A DNA stretch of 64,000 nucleotides from Nitratidesulfovibrio sp. GTDB lineage: Bacteria; Desulfobacterota; Desulfovibrionia; Desulfovibrionales; Desulfovibrionaceae. Under the pieces are notes generated by a model. The model was given only the letters and a program-made list of their open reading frames with translations, made no database searches and had not been told where the DNA came from. Location of the stretch: positions 9,191-73,190 of the forward strand of contig NZ_JBDXXH010000001.1 in the NCBI RefSeq assembly GCF_040373385.1. The letters are read 5' to 3'. Made by a program: the position numbers and the translations under genes. Shown here one piece after another: positions 28,524 to 37,872 of the stretch (position 1 is its first letter; every line of letters starts with the position of its first letter).

Positions 28524-29159
28524 ATGGCGAACGACGTGCCGACAGTTTCCGCTACCCTCACCAGGACCATCGCAGGCCGGGTGGACATCGGTCCCCAGGC
28601 CTTCGTGGTGCCCATGGCCCAGACCATCGTGGGCTGCATGGCCGATGGCAGGCCCAATTTCATGGCCGTGGCCTGGCTGACGCGGGTCAACCACCAGCCG
28701 CCCATGCTGGGCGTGGCCATCAATCGGCGCAATCACAGCCACGGCGCCATCGCCGCCAGCGGGCAGTTCAGCGTGAACTTTCCCACCGTGGACATGGCGG
28801 CGGTGACCGACTACACGGGCCTGGCCTCCGGCGCGCGCGTGGACAAGTCCGGCCTGTTCGAGCTGTTCCACGGCCATCTGGACGCGGCACCGCTGATACG
28901 GGAATGCCCGCTGTGCATCGAATGCCGGGTGCATACCGCCGTGGAACTGCCCAGCAACACCTTTTTCATCGGCGAGATTGCCGGGGCGTGGTGCGCCGAT
29001 GACTGCCTGGACGGTGACGGCGCGCCCGACCCCATGCGGCTGCGGCCCATGCTGCTGACCATGCCCGACAACCGCTACTGGTCCATGGGCGACGTGGTGG
29101 GCAAGGCATGGCACGACGGCAAGGCCCTGCGGCAAAAGGCGGGCGGCGAAGCCGGGTAG
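28524..29159 (+). CDS. Flavin reductase-like FMN-binding split-barrel protein
   Basis: 211-aa ORF with GGAGGAGG upstream. ..VVPMAQTIVGCMADGRPNFMAVAWLTRVNHQPPMLGVAINRRNHSHGAI..FSVNFP.. Confidence 0.7.
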   Translation: MANDVPTVSATLTRTIAGRVDIGPQAFVVPMAQTIVGCMADGRPNFMAVAWLTRVNHQPPMLGVAINRRNHSHGAIAASGQFSVNFPTVDMAAVTDYTGLASGARVDKSGLFELFHGHLDAAPLIRECPLCIECRVHTAVELPSNTFFIGEIAGAWCADDCLDGDGAPDPMRLRPMLLTMPDNRYWSMGDVVGKAWHDGKALRQKAGGEAG

Positions 29160-29302
29160 CCTGCGGCCAGAGGGCGGCAGGGCACGGCAAGAGACGGAAC
29201 AGGGGGTGCGGTTTTCACCGGGCCCCCTGTTGATTCTTTCGCATTCCGGAACAGAGCGGGGCGTGGCTTGCGCCGTGCCTCTTCTTGATTTTTCCACACT
29301 TC

Positions 29303-29345
29303 GGAACAGAGCGAGGCGTGGCTTGCGCCACGCCTCTTCTGTTCC
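29303..29345. terminator. Hairpin (second, well-paired copy of a ~45-bp tandem duplication) between the flavin reductase gene and the ech operon
   Basis: ggaacaga-gc-gaggcgtggc-ttgc-gccacgcctc-t-tctgttcc. A degenerate first copy lies at 29243..29285. Confidence 0.6.
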
Positions 29346-29428
29346 GGGTCGTTTTCCCCGCTTCCCGGTCAGCTCTCAAGGCAGCCACGCGTCCGGCATT
29401 CGCCGTGCCAGACGCGCGGGGTATGCAG

Positions 29429-29824
29429 CTAGGCTTCGGGAGCGGCAGCCTCGGCGGGCTTGTCGCCGCTCTTGTCGGCCTTCTTGGACTTTCTGGGCGT
29501 GCCTTGCAGGCTCACCACGAACTTGCCGGGCGAGGGCTTGCGATGGTTGTTTTCCATCGACAGGCAGTGCGTGGGGCATGCATCGACGCACACCGAGCAG
29601 TACACGCAGGCAAAGGGATCGCAATCCCACTTGCCTTCCTTGGGGTCCACGGTGATGCACTGCGAAGGGCACTTGATCTGGCAGCTCTTGCAGAAGATGC
29701 AGTCGTGGATGTTGTTTACCAGTTTGCCGCGGAACCCCTCGAACGCCGGCCGCGTCTCGAACGGGTAGAGCCGGGTGGAGTATTTCCCCATGATGTTCCG
29801 CAGCACGTTGCTGAGCATGTACAT
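29429..29824 (-). CDS. echF: Ech hydrogenase subunit F (2x[4Fe-4S] ferredoxin-like, NuoI-like)
   Basis: 131-aa ORF with AAGGAGA upstream. CIFCKSCQIKCP and CVYCSVCVDACP cluster motifs. Confidence 0.88.
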   Translation of the reverse strand: MYMLSNVLRNIMGKYSTRLYPFETRPAFEGFRGKLVNNIHDCIFCKSCQIKCPSQCITVDPKEGKWDCDPFACVYCSVCVDACPTHCLSMENNHRKPSPGKFVVSLQGTPRKSKKADKSGDKPAEAAAPEA

Positions 29825-29840
29825 GGTCAGGTCTCCTTGC

Positions 29841-30917
29841 TTACCGCTCGGTGCAGCTGATGCACGGGTCGATGGTCAGGGCCGCGATGGGCACGTCGGC
29901 AAGCTGCGCGCCGGGCAGCATGGCCAGAAGCGGCGGGATGTTGGCGAAGGTGGGGGTGCGGATGCGCACCCGCTCCATGTTCTTCGAGCCATTGCCCTTC
30001 AGGTAGTACAGCAACTCGCCGCGCGGCTGTTCGACGCGGCAGACCACCTCGCCGGTGGGCTTGCCGGGAACCTTGGCGGCCAGTTCCGTATCGGGCAGGC
30101 GCGAAATGGCCTGACGCACGATATCCATGGATTGCAGCGTTTCCATGAACCGGACCTTGGAACGGGCCCAGCTGTCGCCCTCGGGCGAGGTGACGGGCTC
30201 GAAGTCCAGTTCGTCGAAGGCCGCGTAGCCAAGCTGGCGGGCGTCCTGGGCAACGCCGCTGCCGCGCAGGGTGGGGCCGACCGCGCCGAGTTGGAGGGCC
30301 TGTTGGGCCGTCAGCACGCCCACGCCCACGGTGCGCTTCTTCACGGTGTAGTCGTCGAGCATGGTCTTCATCAGCTGGCGCAGTTCCTTTTCCAGCTTGT
30401 CCAGCTCGTCGAGGATCCAGCGCTGCTGGGTCTTGTCCAGGTCGCGGCGCACGCCGCCCACCACGTTGACAGAGATGACCACGCGGTTGCCCGCCGTGGC
30501 TTCGTTGATGTCCATGACGCGTTCGCGAATCTTCCAGAACTGCATGAACAGGCTTTCGAAGCCGAAACCGTCGGCGAACAGGCCCAGCCACAGAAGGTGG
30601 CTGTGGATACGGTGCAGTTCCGACCAGATGACCCGCAGGTACTTGGCGCGGCTCGGCACTTCCACGTTCATCATGGTTTCAAGGCCCTGGCAGTAGCACA
30701 TGGCGTGGATGCACGAACAGATGCCGCACACCCGCTCCACGATGTAGACCATCTGGTTGTAGTCACGAATGCTGGCGAGGGTTTCGAGGCCGCGATGCAC
30801 GTAGCCCAGGGCGGGCACGGCTTCGACGATGGTTTCATCCTCGACGACCAGTTTCAGGTGCAGGGGTTCCGGCAGAACCGGATGCTGCGGACCGAAAGGA
30901 ATGATGGTGCGGGACAT
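29841..30917 (-). CDS. echE: Ech hydrogenase subunit E ([NiFe] large subunit, NuoD-like)
   Basis: 358-aa ORF. N-terminal Ni-binding RVCGICSCIH and C-terminal DPCISCTER. Confidence 0.92.
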   Translation of the reverse strand: MSRTIIPFGPQHPVLPEPLHLKLVVEDETIVEAVPALGYVHRGLETLASIRDYNQMVYIVERVCGICSCIHAMCYCQGLETMMNVEVPSRAKYLRVIWSELHRIHSHLLWLGLFADGFGFESLFMQFWKIRERVMDINEATAGNRVVISVNVVGGVRRDLDKTQQRWILDELDKLEKELRQLMKTMLDDYTVKKRTVGVGVLTAQQALQLGAVGPTLRGSGVAQDARQLGYAAFDELDFEPVTSPEGDSWARSKVRFMETLQSMDIVRQAISRLPDTELAAKVPGKPTGEVVCRVEQPRGELLYYLKGNGSKNMERVRIRTPTFANIPPLLAMLPGAQLADVPIAALTIDPCISCTER

Positions 30918-30929
30918 GAGACCTACCTC

Positions 30930-31322
30930 TTAATCCTTCTTCTGGATGGTGGAGATCTTGCAGAACGGCGCCGAGATGGTCGAGGTAATCTCGTCATCCA
31001 GGTACAACGTACGGTTGAAGTCCAGCACCAGACCGTCGAACTTCAGGTTGAAGTGGTCGCGCGATTCGTTTTCGACGAGCAGCGCGGCGAAGTAGACGGG
31101 CGAGATGCTGGGCACGGGCTGGTCCTTGGGGTGGGTCAGCCGGAAGTGGGTCATCTCGTTGTTCAGGTCGTAATGATAGAAGATATCCACGTTGCCGTCG
31201 CCAAGGTCCACCACGGACATGGTGACCAGGCGGTAACCCTGGTCGAACATGCTCCTGGCCTGCGCGACCACGGCATCCGCGGCGATGGGCGTTGCGTTCA
31301 GTATTTCGCTGTGCGTGGGCAT
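30930..31322 (-). CDS. echD: Ech hydrogenase subunit D (NuoC-like small subunit)
   Basis: 130-aa ORF between echC and echE. ..RLVTMSVVDLGDGNVDIFYHYDL.. Confidence 0.8.
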   Translation of the reverse strand: MPTHSEILNATPIAADAVVAQARSMFDQGYRLVTMSVVDLGDGNVDIFYHYDLNNEMTHFRLTHPKDQPVPSISPVYFAALLVENESRDHFNLKFDGLVLDFNRTLYLDDEITSTISAPFCKISTIQKKD

Positions 31323-31447
31323 TGCTGTCCTCGTTGCCCCGTTGAGGGGCTCGCCGGTCCTTCCGGCGCTTGAGGGTTCGCGCCCGTCCCGCCCGCGAAA
31401 GTGCGGGGAAACGGCGCGGACGTCGGCGGGGCACCCCGCCGTGCGGC

Positions 31448-31921
31448 CTAGTCGATGACGGTCACCTTGGGCATCTCGCCAAGGCCCAGCTTGGCCTTCA
31501 CCACGTCAAGGGCGGTGACGACGCCGTCGATGATGGCGTCGGGCTTGGCCGGGCACCCGGGTACGTACACGTCCACCGGGATGACCTTGTCGACGCCGCC
31601 CACCACGTTGTAGCACTCGCGGAACACCCCGCCCGACGTGCCGCACGCCCCGATGGCGATGACGGCCTTGGGATCGGGCATCTGGTCGTAGATGTTCTTC
31701 AGCACTTTCTTGTTGCGGTGGTTCACCGTGCCGGTAACCAGCAGCACGTCGGCGTGCTTGGGGTTGCCCACGTTGATGATGCCGAAACGCTCCACGTCGA
31801 AGACGGGGGTAAGGCAGGCCAGCACCTCGATATCGCAGCCGTTGCACGACCCGCAGTCGAAATGGACGACCCACGGGGACTTCAGACGGCCCTTATTGAT
31901 CCAGTTTTCAAGCAGACCCAT
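31448..31921 (-). CDS. echC: Ech hydrogenase subunit C (NuoB-like small subunit with proximal [4Fe-4S])
   Basis: 157-aa ORF with GGGGAGGAGG upstream. CGSCNGCDIE, GACGTSGG, VPGCPAKP. Confidence 0.92.
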   Translation of the reverse strand: MGLLENWINKGRLKSPWVVHFDCGSCNGCDIEVLACLTPVFDVERFGIINVGNPKHADVLLVTGTVNHRNKKVLKNIYDQMPDPKAVIAIGACGTSGGVFRECYNVVGGVDKVIPVDVYVPGCPAKPDAIIDGVVTALDVVKAKLGLGEMPKVTVID

Positions 31922-31936
31922 TATCGCCTCCTCCCC

Positions 31937-32784
31937 TTAGCTGACGTAGAGCCAGAGCAGGTTGAACACCGACAACACAAGACCCACGCCCAGCACGTTC
32001 TTCAGCATCCACGGCCAGGTCATGCGCGCGCAGATGTTGTCGATCAGGATTTCCGCCGCGTAGGTCACCACCAGCAGGGCGAGCATGCCCACGATGCTGG
32101 TGTGCCAGAACAGCGAGCACAGGCCGAGGATGAGCACCACGTCGAACCAGTGGCCGATTTCCAGCAGCGCCAGGTGCGGGCCGGAGTATTCGGTCAGCAC
32201 GCCGCGCACCAGTTCCTGGTGGGCGTGGTGGCAGGCCGAGATGTCGAAGGGCGACTTGCGCAGCTTGATGGTCAGCGCGTAGCCCAGCGCGATGAACAGG
32301 AAAGGCATGCTGAGCAGCAGCGGCTTGTCCATGGCGTAGACGTCGGCGATCTTGAAGCTGCCGGTGGCCATGGAAATGCCCACGAACACCACGATGATCA
32401 GCGGCTCGTAGGCCAGCATTTGCAGCAGTTCGCGCTGTGCGCCCACCTGGGCGTAGGGAGAGGGCACGGACAGCGCGCCCACCACCTGGAACACGGCGCC
32501 GATGGTCATGACGAAGAAGAGCAAGAGCAGGTCGCCCTGCATGAAGAACAGCAGCACGGCCAGGGCAGAGGACATCACGTAGATGTAGGCCGACATGACC
32601 TGCCACGAGTTGACCACCATGGGCGCCTTGCCCAGCAGCTTCAGCACGTCGTAGAAGGCTGAAGGATGGGCGGCCCGAAGCGGGACTGAAGGCGTGCGGT
32701 GACGCGGCGGTCAACACCGGCCAGAAGGCCCCCGACCACCGGGGTGAGGGCAAGCCCGATGAGAGCGGCGATGAACGTCAGCAT
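31937..32784 (-). pseudogene. echB: Ech hydrogenase subunit B (NuoH/HycD-like membrane subunit); reading frame broken by an apparent 1-nt deletion near 32656-32660 (or a sequencing error)
   Basis: ATG 32784-32782 overlaps the echA stop (TAATG). It gives MLTFIAALIGLALTPVVGGLLAGVDRRVTARLQSRFGPPILQP, then STTC-stop. The track ORF 31937..32647 continues in another frame with (FYD)VLKLLGKAPMVVNS.... The canonical motif RxGPPxLQPFYDxxKLLxK is split exactly at CAGCC|TTCTAC. Confidence 0.75.
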
Positions 32785-34730
32785 TACAGCACCCCCCCGA
32801 GCATGACCGCAAGCAGCACGATGGCGATCACGTTGATGGACTTGGACAGCCTGGATTCACCGAACAGGGCTTCCAGGTAGTAGTTGCCCGCGGCGGTTTC
32901 CACGAACCCGTTCATGGGGCCGTTGAAGCCGATCTTGCCGTTTTCCACCCGCTGCGAGCCACCCATGTAGGGCAGGCTGGCCGCTTCGGGGCCAACCTTC
33001 CGGGCCGCGCGCAGGGCATACATGAAGCCCACGCCCAGCAGCAGGAACAGCGGGTACACCGCGAACACCCCGGCGTTGTTCTCGAACACGCCCATGGTGA
33101 CGGTGTAGGCAGATGCCTTGGCGTACAGGGCCGTGGCCGGGGCCACCAGCATGCTGTAGACGAAGGGCGAGAGCAGCGACAGGCCCACGGCGCCGCAGAC
33201 CAGCAGCAAGAGCGGCAGGCGCACCGAGAAGGGCTGGTGTTCGGTGGGCGGGTTTTCGCCCGGCATGGTGGACCCCAGCATCACGCCGGCCCAGCGGGCC
33301 CAGAACAGCACCGTCAGGGCGCTGCCGAGAGCCAGCATGATGACCAGCGGGGGCATGGCAGCGGTGGCGGTGGCGGCGGATTCGAGGGCCATCCACTTGG
33401 CCAGCAGCATGCCGAAGGGCGGCAGCATCATGGTCACGATGCCGATGACGGTGATCACCGCAGTGCGGGGCATCACCTTGAACAGGCCGCGCATGGCTTC
33501 GATGTCGCGCGAGCCGATCTTCTGCTCGATGGCGCCCACGCACAGGAACAGAAGGCCCTTGGAGATGGCGTGGAAGATGATCAGCATCACGGCGGCGGCG
33601 ATGGCGGCCGAGGTGTTGATGCCCGCGCAGGCGATGATCAGGCCCAGGTTGGCGATGGTGGAATAGGCCAGCACCTTCTTGCCGTTGCTCTGCCCCACGG
33701 CCAGTGCGGAGGTGGCGATGAAGGTGAACGCGCCGAAGATGGCGATGGCCGCTGAAAGCATGGTGCCCTGGTAGGCCGGGGCCATGCGGATGACCAGGTA
33801 CACGCCCGCCTTGACCATGGTGGACGAGTGCAGCAGGGCGGAAACCGGGGTGGGGGCCACCATGGCGCCGCACAGCCAGCTCTGGAAGGGCACCTGCGCG
33901 GCCTTGGTGAAGCCCGCGAAGCACAGGAAGGCCATGGGCAGCAGCAGCGCCGCGGTCTTCATGCCGGGGGCGGCGGACCGCGCCAGGATGTCCTGCACCG
34001 AAAGGGTGCCCGTGCTCTTCTGCAGGAACATGAGCGCGGCCACAAAGGCGACGCCGCCCGCCATGTTCATCCACAGGGCGCGGGTGGCGTTGGTCTTGGC
34101 CTCGTCGGTGCCGTCATGCCCGATGAGCATGAACGAGCACAGGGTGGTCACTTCCCAGAAGAAGTACATCCACGACAGGTTGTTGGCCAGCACCAGGCCG
34201 TTCATGGCGCCCAGGAAGAGCAGCATGAAAAAGAAGAACCGCGGTTGGCGGCTCTTGGCGAGGTGCAGGTGCTCCTCGTGCTCTTTCATGTAGCCAAGGC
34301 CGTAAAAACAGATCAGGCCCCCCACGATGGAAATGATCAGCACCATGGTCAGCGACAGGCTGTCGGCGTAGAAGCCGGTGACCTGCGTGCCGTGGTCCAT
34401 CAGGAAGAAGTCCAGATAGACCATGCCCAGCACCTGCAAGGCCGTCATGCCCATGATGAGCAGATGGCCCATGCGCAGCGCGATGAGGAAAATGAAGCCG
34501 AGCAGGGCGAAATCAAGGACGGTGATCAGGCCGTTGAGGCTGATGCCAAGAATGGCTTGGGGCGAGTAGGAGAACGAGCCAAGGCTCGCCAGTCCCACCG
34601 CCGCCGCGGCAGTTATCGCCACCGATACCGGGACGATGATGTTGCGCGCGGCGTCGCCCCTGACGAAATAGACCGCCAGGGCAGCTAAAAGTGGAAACAC
34701 GACGCTTCCAAAGACAAGGGTGTCCAGCAT
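32784..34730 (-). CDS. echA: Ech hydrogenase subunit A (NuoL/Mrp antiporter-like membrane subunit)
   Basis: ORF 32784..34802 trimmed to ATG 34730 (GAGGTG upstream; MLDTLVFGSVVFPLLAALAVYF..). About 648 aa, polytopic. ..WLCGAMVAPTPVSALLHSSTMVKAGVYL... Confidence 0.9.
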   Translation of the reverse strand: MLDTLVFGSVVFPLLAALAVYFVRGDAARNIIVPVSVAITAAAAVGLASLGSFSYSPQAILGISLNGLITVLDFALLGFIFLIALRMGHLLIMGMTALQVLGMVYLDFFLMDHGTQVTGFYADSLSLTMVLIISIVGGLICFYGLGYMKEHEEHLHLAKSRQPRFFFFMLLFLGAMNGLVLANNLSWMYFFWEVTTLCSFMLIGHDGTDEAKTNATRALWMNMAGGVAFVAALMFLQKSTGTLSVQDILARSAAPGMKTAALLLPMAFLCFAGFTKAAQVPFQSWLCGAMVAPTPVSALLHSSTMVKAGVYLVIRMAPAYQGTMLSAAIAIFGAFTFIATSALAVGQSNGKKVLAYSTIANLGLIIACAGINTSAAIAAAVMLIIFHAISKGLLFLCVGAIEQKIGSRDIEAMRGLFKVMPRTAVITVIGIVTMMLPPFGMLLAKWMALESAATATAAMPPLVIMLALGSALTVLFWARWAGVMLGSTMPGENPPTEHQPFSVRLPLLLLVCGAVGLSLLSPFVYSMLVAPATALYAKASAYTVTMGVFENNAGVFAVYPLFLLLGVGFMYALRAARKVGPEAASLPYMGGSQRVENGKIGFNGPMNGFVETAAGNYYLEALFGESRLSKSINVIAIVLLAVMLGGVL

Positions 34731-35368
34731 ACGCACCTCGTAACAAAGGACAAAGGAGAGCTGCGACACTTCCGGGTGGATGTCGCCGCTCACGGATTGC
34801 ATGCCCCTACAGGCATGGGCCCTTGGATTCCCGCACGGATTCTATGTCCCGGCAATACGGAAACGTCAAGGGAATTGTAAAATAGTACAGGTGGTTGGTC
34901 ACACAGTCTAATTGGCAGGTAGGAATTAGCGTGTGTCTCAAATGTGAGCATTGCTTTTATTTGCGCTAGCATGGGGCAATGTCGCGGGCGCGGGGACACT
35001 TCGGGATGGGCGTTACGCCGCATGAGCCGTGCCGTTGGTCGTTCTTCCTGCCTGCTGCGGGGTCTCCGCGCGGGAAGGGCCGGAGGGAAGAATTGGCGGC
35101 GGTGCCGGATGGCTGCGTGGTAGCGGCGCGCGTTTCGGGACCCGGATTCGTCGAGGGGCCACCGGAGGCGTGGCGCCGCGCGCGGCAGCGCCGTTGTTGG
35201 TACGGGCGGCGCGGAGGGCGGAACGGGGCATGGCGCCCGCGCGACAGGGCGAACATGCGCCCGGTGGAGCATGTGGCGAACGGGCACAAGCGGCAGGGAG
35301 TGCGTGACGGTGCGTGTGGCAGTTTTGATAAGCTTTTATTACAAGATGTTGACGGCCTATTGACTTTA

Positions 35369-35384
35369 TTAAACACTCGTTTAA
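35369..35384. promoter_or_regulatory. Inverted repeat TTAAAC-ACTC-GTTTAA in an AT-rich patch upstream of the TetR gene (candidate TetR operator)
   Basis: Perfect 6-4-6 dyad inside the AT-rich segment 35325-35390, which also contains TTGACG and TTGACT -35-like hexamers. About 150 bp upstream of the TetR start. Confidence 0.4.
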
Positions 35385-35530
35385 GTAGGCCGAACGCCCT
35401 CCGGAAAAGACCGGAGCTGTCCGGCCCGCATTGGCGGGTCCGCGCCTGGCCCGCAGCCTCCGCTTCGCCGGATCGGGGCCGCTTCCTCTTTTGCCGTGGC
35501 CGCCCGTGGCCACGCCTGCCCGGATGCCTC

Positions 35531-36547
35531 ATGCCCGACGCCTTGCCTGCCCAGAAAAATCCTGTCCTCCCCGGGCGCCAACAGCGCAAGGCTGCACGGA
35601 CCGTGACCCTGCCGGAACGGGTGCCGGAACAGGTGCCGACGCAGGCACTGGCGCATCCACCTCTCCAGAGCGTGCCCGCCAGCCCCGATTCCGCCAACCC
35701 GCCTGCCGCCGCCAGCGATCAGGGCAGCCAGACGCCGGACAGCCGGGCGCGCATCATGGCCGCCGCAGGCGAGACCTTTGCGGAGCTTGGCTTTCACCGG
35801 GCCTCGCTGCGCGAGATATGCCGTCGCGCGGGCGTCAACGTGGCCCTGGTGAAATACCATTTCGGCGACAAGCAGGGCCTGTACCGCGCGGTGCTGCTGC
35901 AACCCTTTCCCGAACCGCCGTTGCCTGTTCCGCTGGCTCCATCGGACATGCCCATGCCCATGCCCGGCCCCGGCGAAATTTCCGGCGCGGCATCCCCACC
36001 GGCGGACCCGGAAACCCGGCTGCGTGCCTTCATCCGCTCGCAGCTGCACCGCACGCGCGGCTCGCGCCGCCCGGAATGGTACAACCGGCTGCTCATCCGC
36101 GAGATGACCGACCCCACCGGGGTCATCGGCGACATCGTGGGCAAGGTCATCGGCACGCGCGCGCGCTATCTGGCTGAAACGGTGCGCGAACTGCTGGGCG
36201 AGCCGGACCGCAGCCGCGCCGTGGCCCTGTGCGCGCTGAGCGTGGTGGGGCAGAGCCTGCACCATCACTTCGCCCGTAACGTCATTCCGCTGCTGTACCC
36301 CGAAATTTCGTACGATGCCGCCAGCCTGGACGAACTGGAGGAGCACATCACCGCCTTTTCGCTGGCGGGCATCGCCGCCCTGCGCGAGCGGCTGCGTGCC
36401 GCCCGCCCCGAATGCCCAAATTTCAGAGACAGCCCGGATTTCAGAGACAGCCCAGACAACACAGACAGTACCGGCAGCCCCGACAGCGCCACGTCGAGCG
36501 CCGCACCCATCCCCCCCACTCCCAGCCGCCAACGGAACCCCGCATGA
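35531..36547 (+). CDS. TetR/AcrR-family transcriptional regulator with long low-complexity N- and C-terminal tails
   Basis: ORF 34979..36547 trimmed to ATG 35531; a later start at MAAAGE cannot be excluded. [39 protein letters not shown]. The stop overlaps the adaptor gene start (ATGA). Confidence 0.75.
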   Translation: MPDALPAQKNPVLPGRQQRKAARTVTLPERVPEQVPTQALAHPPLQSVPASPDSANPPAAASDQGSQTPDSRARIMAAAGETFAELGFHRASLREICRRAGVNVALVKYHFGDKQGLYRAVLLQPFPEPPLPVPLAPSDMPMPMPGPGEISGAASPPADPETRLRAFIRSQLHRTRGSRRPEWYNRLLIREMTDPTGVIGDIVGKVIGTRARYLAETVRELLGEPDRSRAVALCALSVVGQSLHHHFARNVIPLLYPEISYDAASLDELEEHITAFSLAGIAALRERLRAARPECPNFRDSPDFRDSPDNTDSTGSPDSATSSAAPIPPTPSRQRNPA

Positions 36548-37872
36548 ACATCGACGCCCAATCCAGATCCCAGGTCCGGCCCCGCCCCGCTGGCCCGTCT
36601 TCCGTCGCGCACGCCCGGCGCGCGGCGGTCCACCTGCCCGTTCTGCCCATTCTGCCCATTCTGTCAGTCTTGGCTGTCATGCTGGTGTTGCTGGCCGGGT
36701 GTTCCGGCGGGGACGACGCCGCCAGGGCCAAGCCTCAGAAACGCCCGGTGCCCGTGGCCACCGCCCTTGCCGAAAAGCGCGACCTGCCCGTGGTGGTGCG
36801 CACCGTGGGCAACGTGGAGCCGTATGCCACGGTGTCCGTGAAGTCGCGCGTGGATGGCCAGATCGTGGGGGTGCACTTTCGGGAAGGGCAGGACGTGCGC
36901 AAGGGCGACCTGCTGTTCTCGGTGGACCGCCGCGCGCTGGAGGCGGCGCTGAACGAGGCCGAGGCCCGGCTGCAACGCGATCGCGTGTTGCTGGCCAAGG
37001 CCGACGAGGACGTGCGCCGCTTCGAAAGGCTGGTGGCCGACGGCTACGTCAGCCGCGACCAGTACGAACAGTACCGTTCCTCCGCCGATTCGCTGCGCGC
37101 CACGGTGCGCGCCGACGAGGCCTCGGTGGAAACGGCAAGGGTGCAGCTTTCGTACACCACCATCACCGCGCCCATGTCGGGCCGCGCCGGGCAGGTCAAG
37201 GTGGACCTGGGCAACATGGTGCGCGCCGGGGCGGACACGGTGCTGGTGGTCATCGACCAGATAGAGCCCATCTATGTGGGGTTCTCCTTGCCGGAGATGC
37301 ATCTGGCCACCGCGCGTGCGCGCATGGCCGCCGGGGGCGTGCCGGTACAGGCGCGGGTGCCCGGTTCCGGCGGGGGAGGGGACGAGGTGGCGGCACGCGG
37401 CACGGTGGCCTTCGTGGACAACACGGTGAACACCGCCACCGGCACCATCCGCATGCGCGGCACCTTCGCCAACGAAACGCGGGTGCTGTGGCCCGGCCAG
37501 TTCGTGGATGTGTATGTTGAACTGGGCGAGGTGCCCGGAGCCGTGGTGGTGCCCGCGCAGGCGGTGCAGACCGGCAGCCAGGGGCTGTTCACCTACGTGG
37601 TGGGGCAGGACAACACCGTGCAGTTGCGCAAGGTGCGCACCGGCCTTGCCCATGACGGCCAGGTGGTGATCGAGGAGGGCGTGGCCGCGGGCGAGCGGGT
37701 GGTCATTGACGGCCACCTGCGCCTGACCCCCGGTGCCGTGGTGGAGGAAAAAGCCTCCGCCGGGGCGGCTTCCGACGGGCAGCCGACAAAGCCGGGCGAG
37801 TCTGCCGCGAAATCCGGTGAATCGACAGAGGCGGGCGCCAAGGGCACTGCCCCGGCGGAGGCGCGCCAGTGA
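36544..37872 (+). CDS. RND efflux periplasmic adaptor (membrane fusion protein, lipoprotein)
   Basis: ORF 36412..37872 trimmed to ATG 36544. Lipobox LLAGCSG. ..[56 protein letters not shown].. Confidence 0.88.
   Translation: MNIDAQSRSQVRPRPAGPSSVAHARRAAVHLPVLPILPILSVLAVMLVLLAGCSGGDDAARAKPQKRPVPVATALAEKRDLPVVVRTVGNVEPYATVSVKSRVDGQIVGVHFREGQDVRKGDLLFSVDRRALEAALNEAEARLQRDRVLLAKADEDVRRFERLVADGYVSRDQYEQYRSSADSLRATVRADEASVETARVQLSYTTITAPMSGRAGQVKVDLGNMVRAGADTVLVVIDQIEPIYVGFSLPEMHLATARARMAAGGVPVQARVPGSGGGGDEVAARGTVAFVDNTVNTATGTIRMRGTFANETRVLWPGQFVDVYVELGEVPGAVVVPAQAVQTGSQGLFTYVVGQDNTVQLRKVRTGLAHDGQVVIEEGVAAGERVVIDGHLRLTPGAVVEEKASAGAASDGQPTKPGESAAKSGESTEAGAKGTAPAEARQ

Noticed and set aside
32641-32662. 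Programmed ribosomal frameshifting to explain the echB frame break.
   Set aside because: Restoring the frame needs a -1 shift on CAG CCT T. This is not a slippery heptamer, and the shifted P-site codon (GCC) would not pair with tRNA-Pro. I saw no downstream stimulatory structure. A 1-nt indel or sequencing error is simpler.
34979-35530. 184-codon N-terminal extension of the TetR ORF, and the overlapping minus-strand ORFs 34966..35697 and 35013..35513.
   Set aside because: The translations are Arg/Gly-rich nonsense. The extension runs through the AT-rich promoter/operator patch (35325-35390). There is no SD. I treat the region as a non-coding ech/tetR control region.
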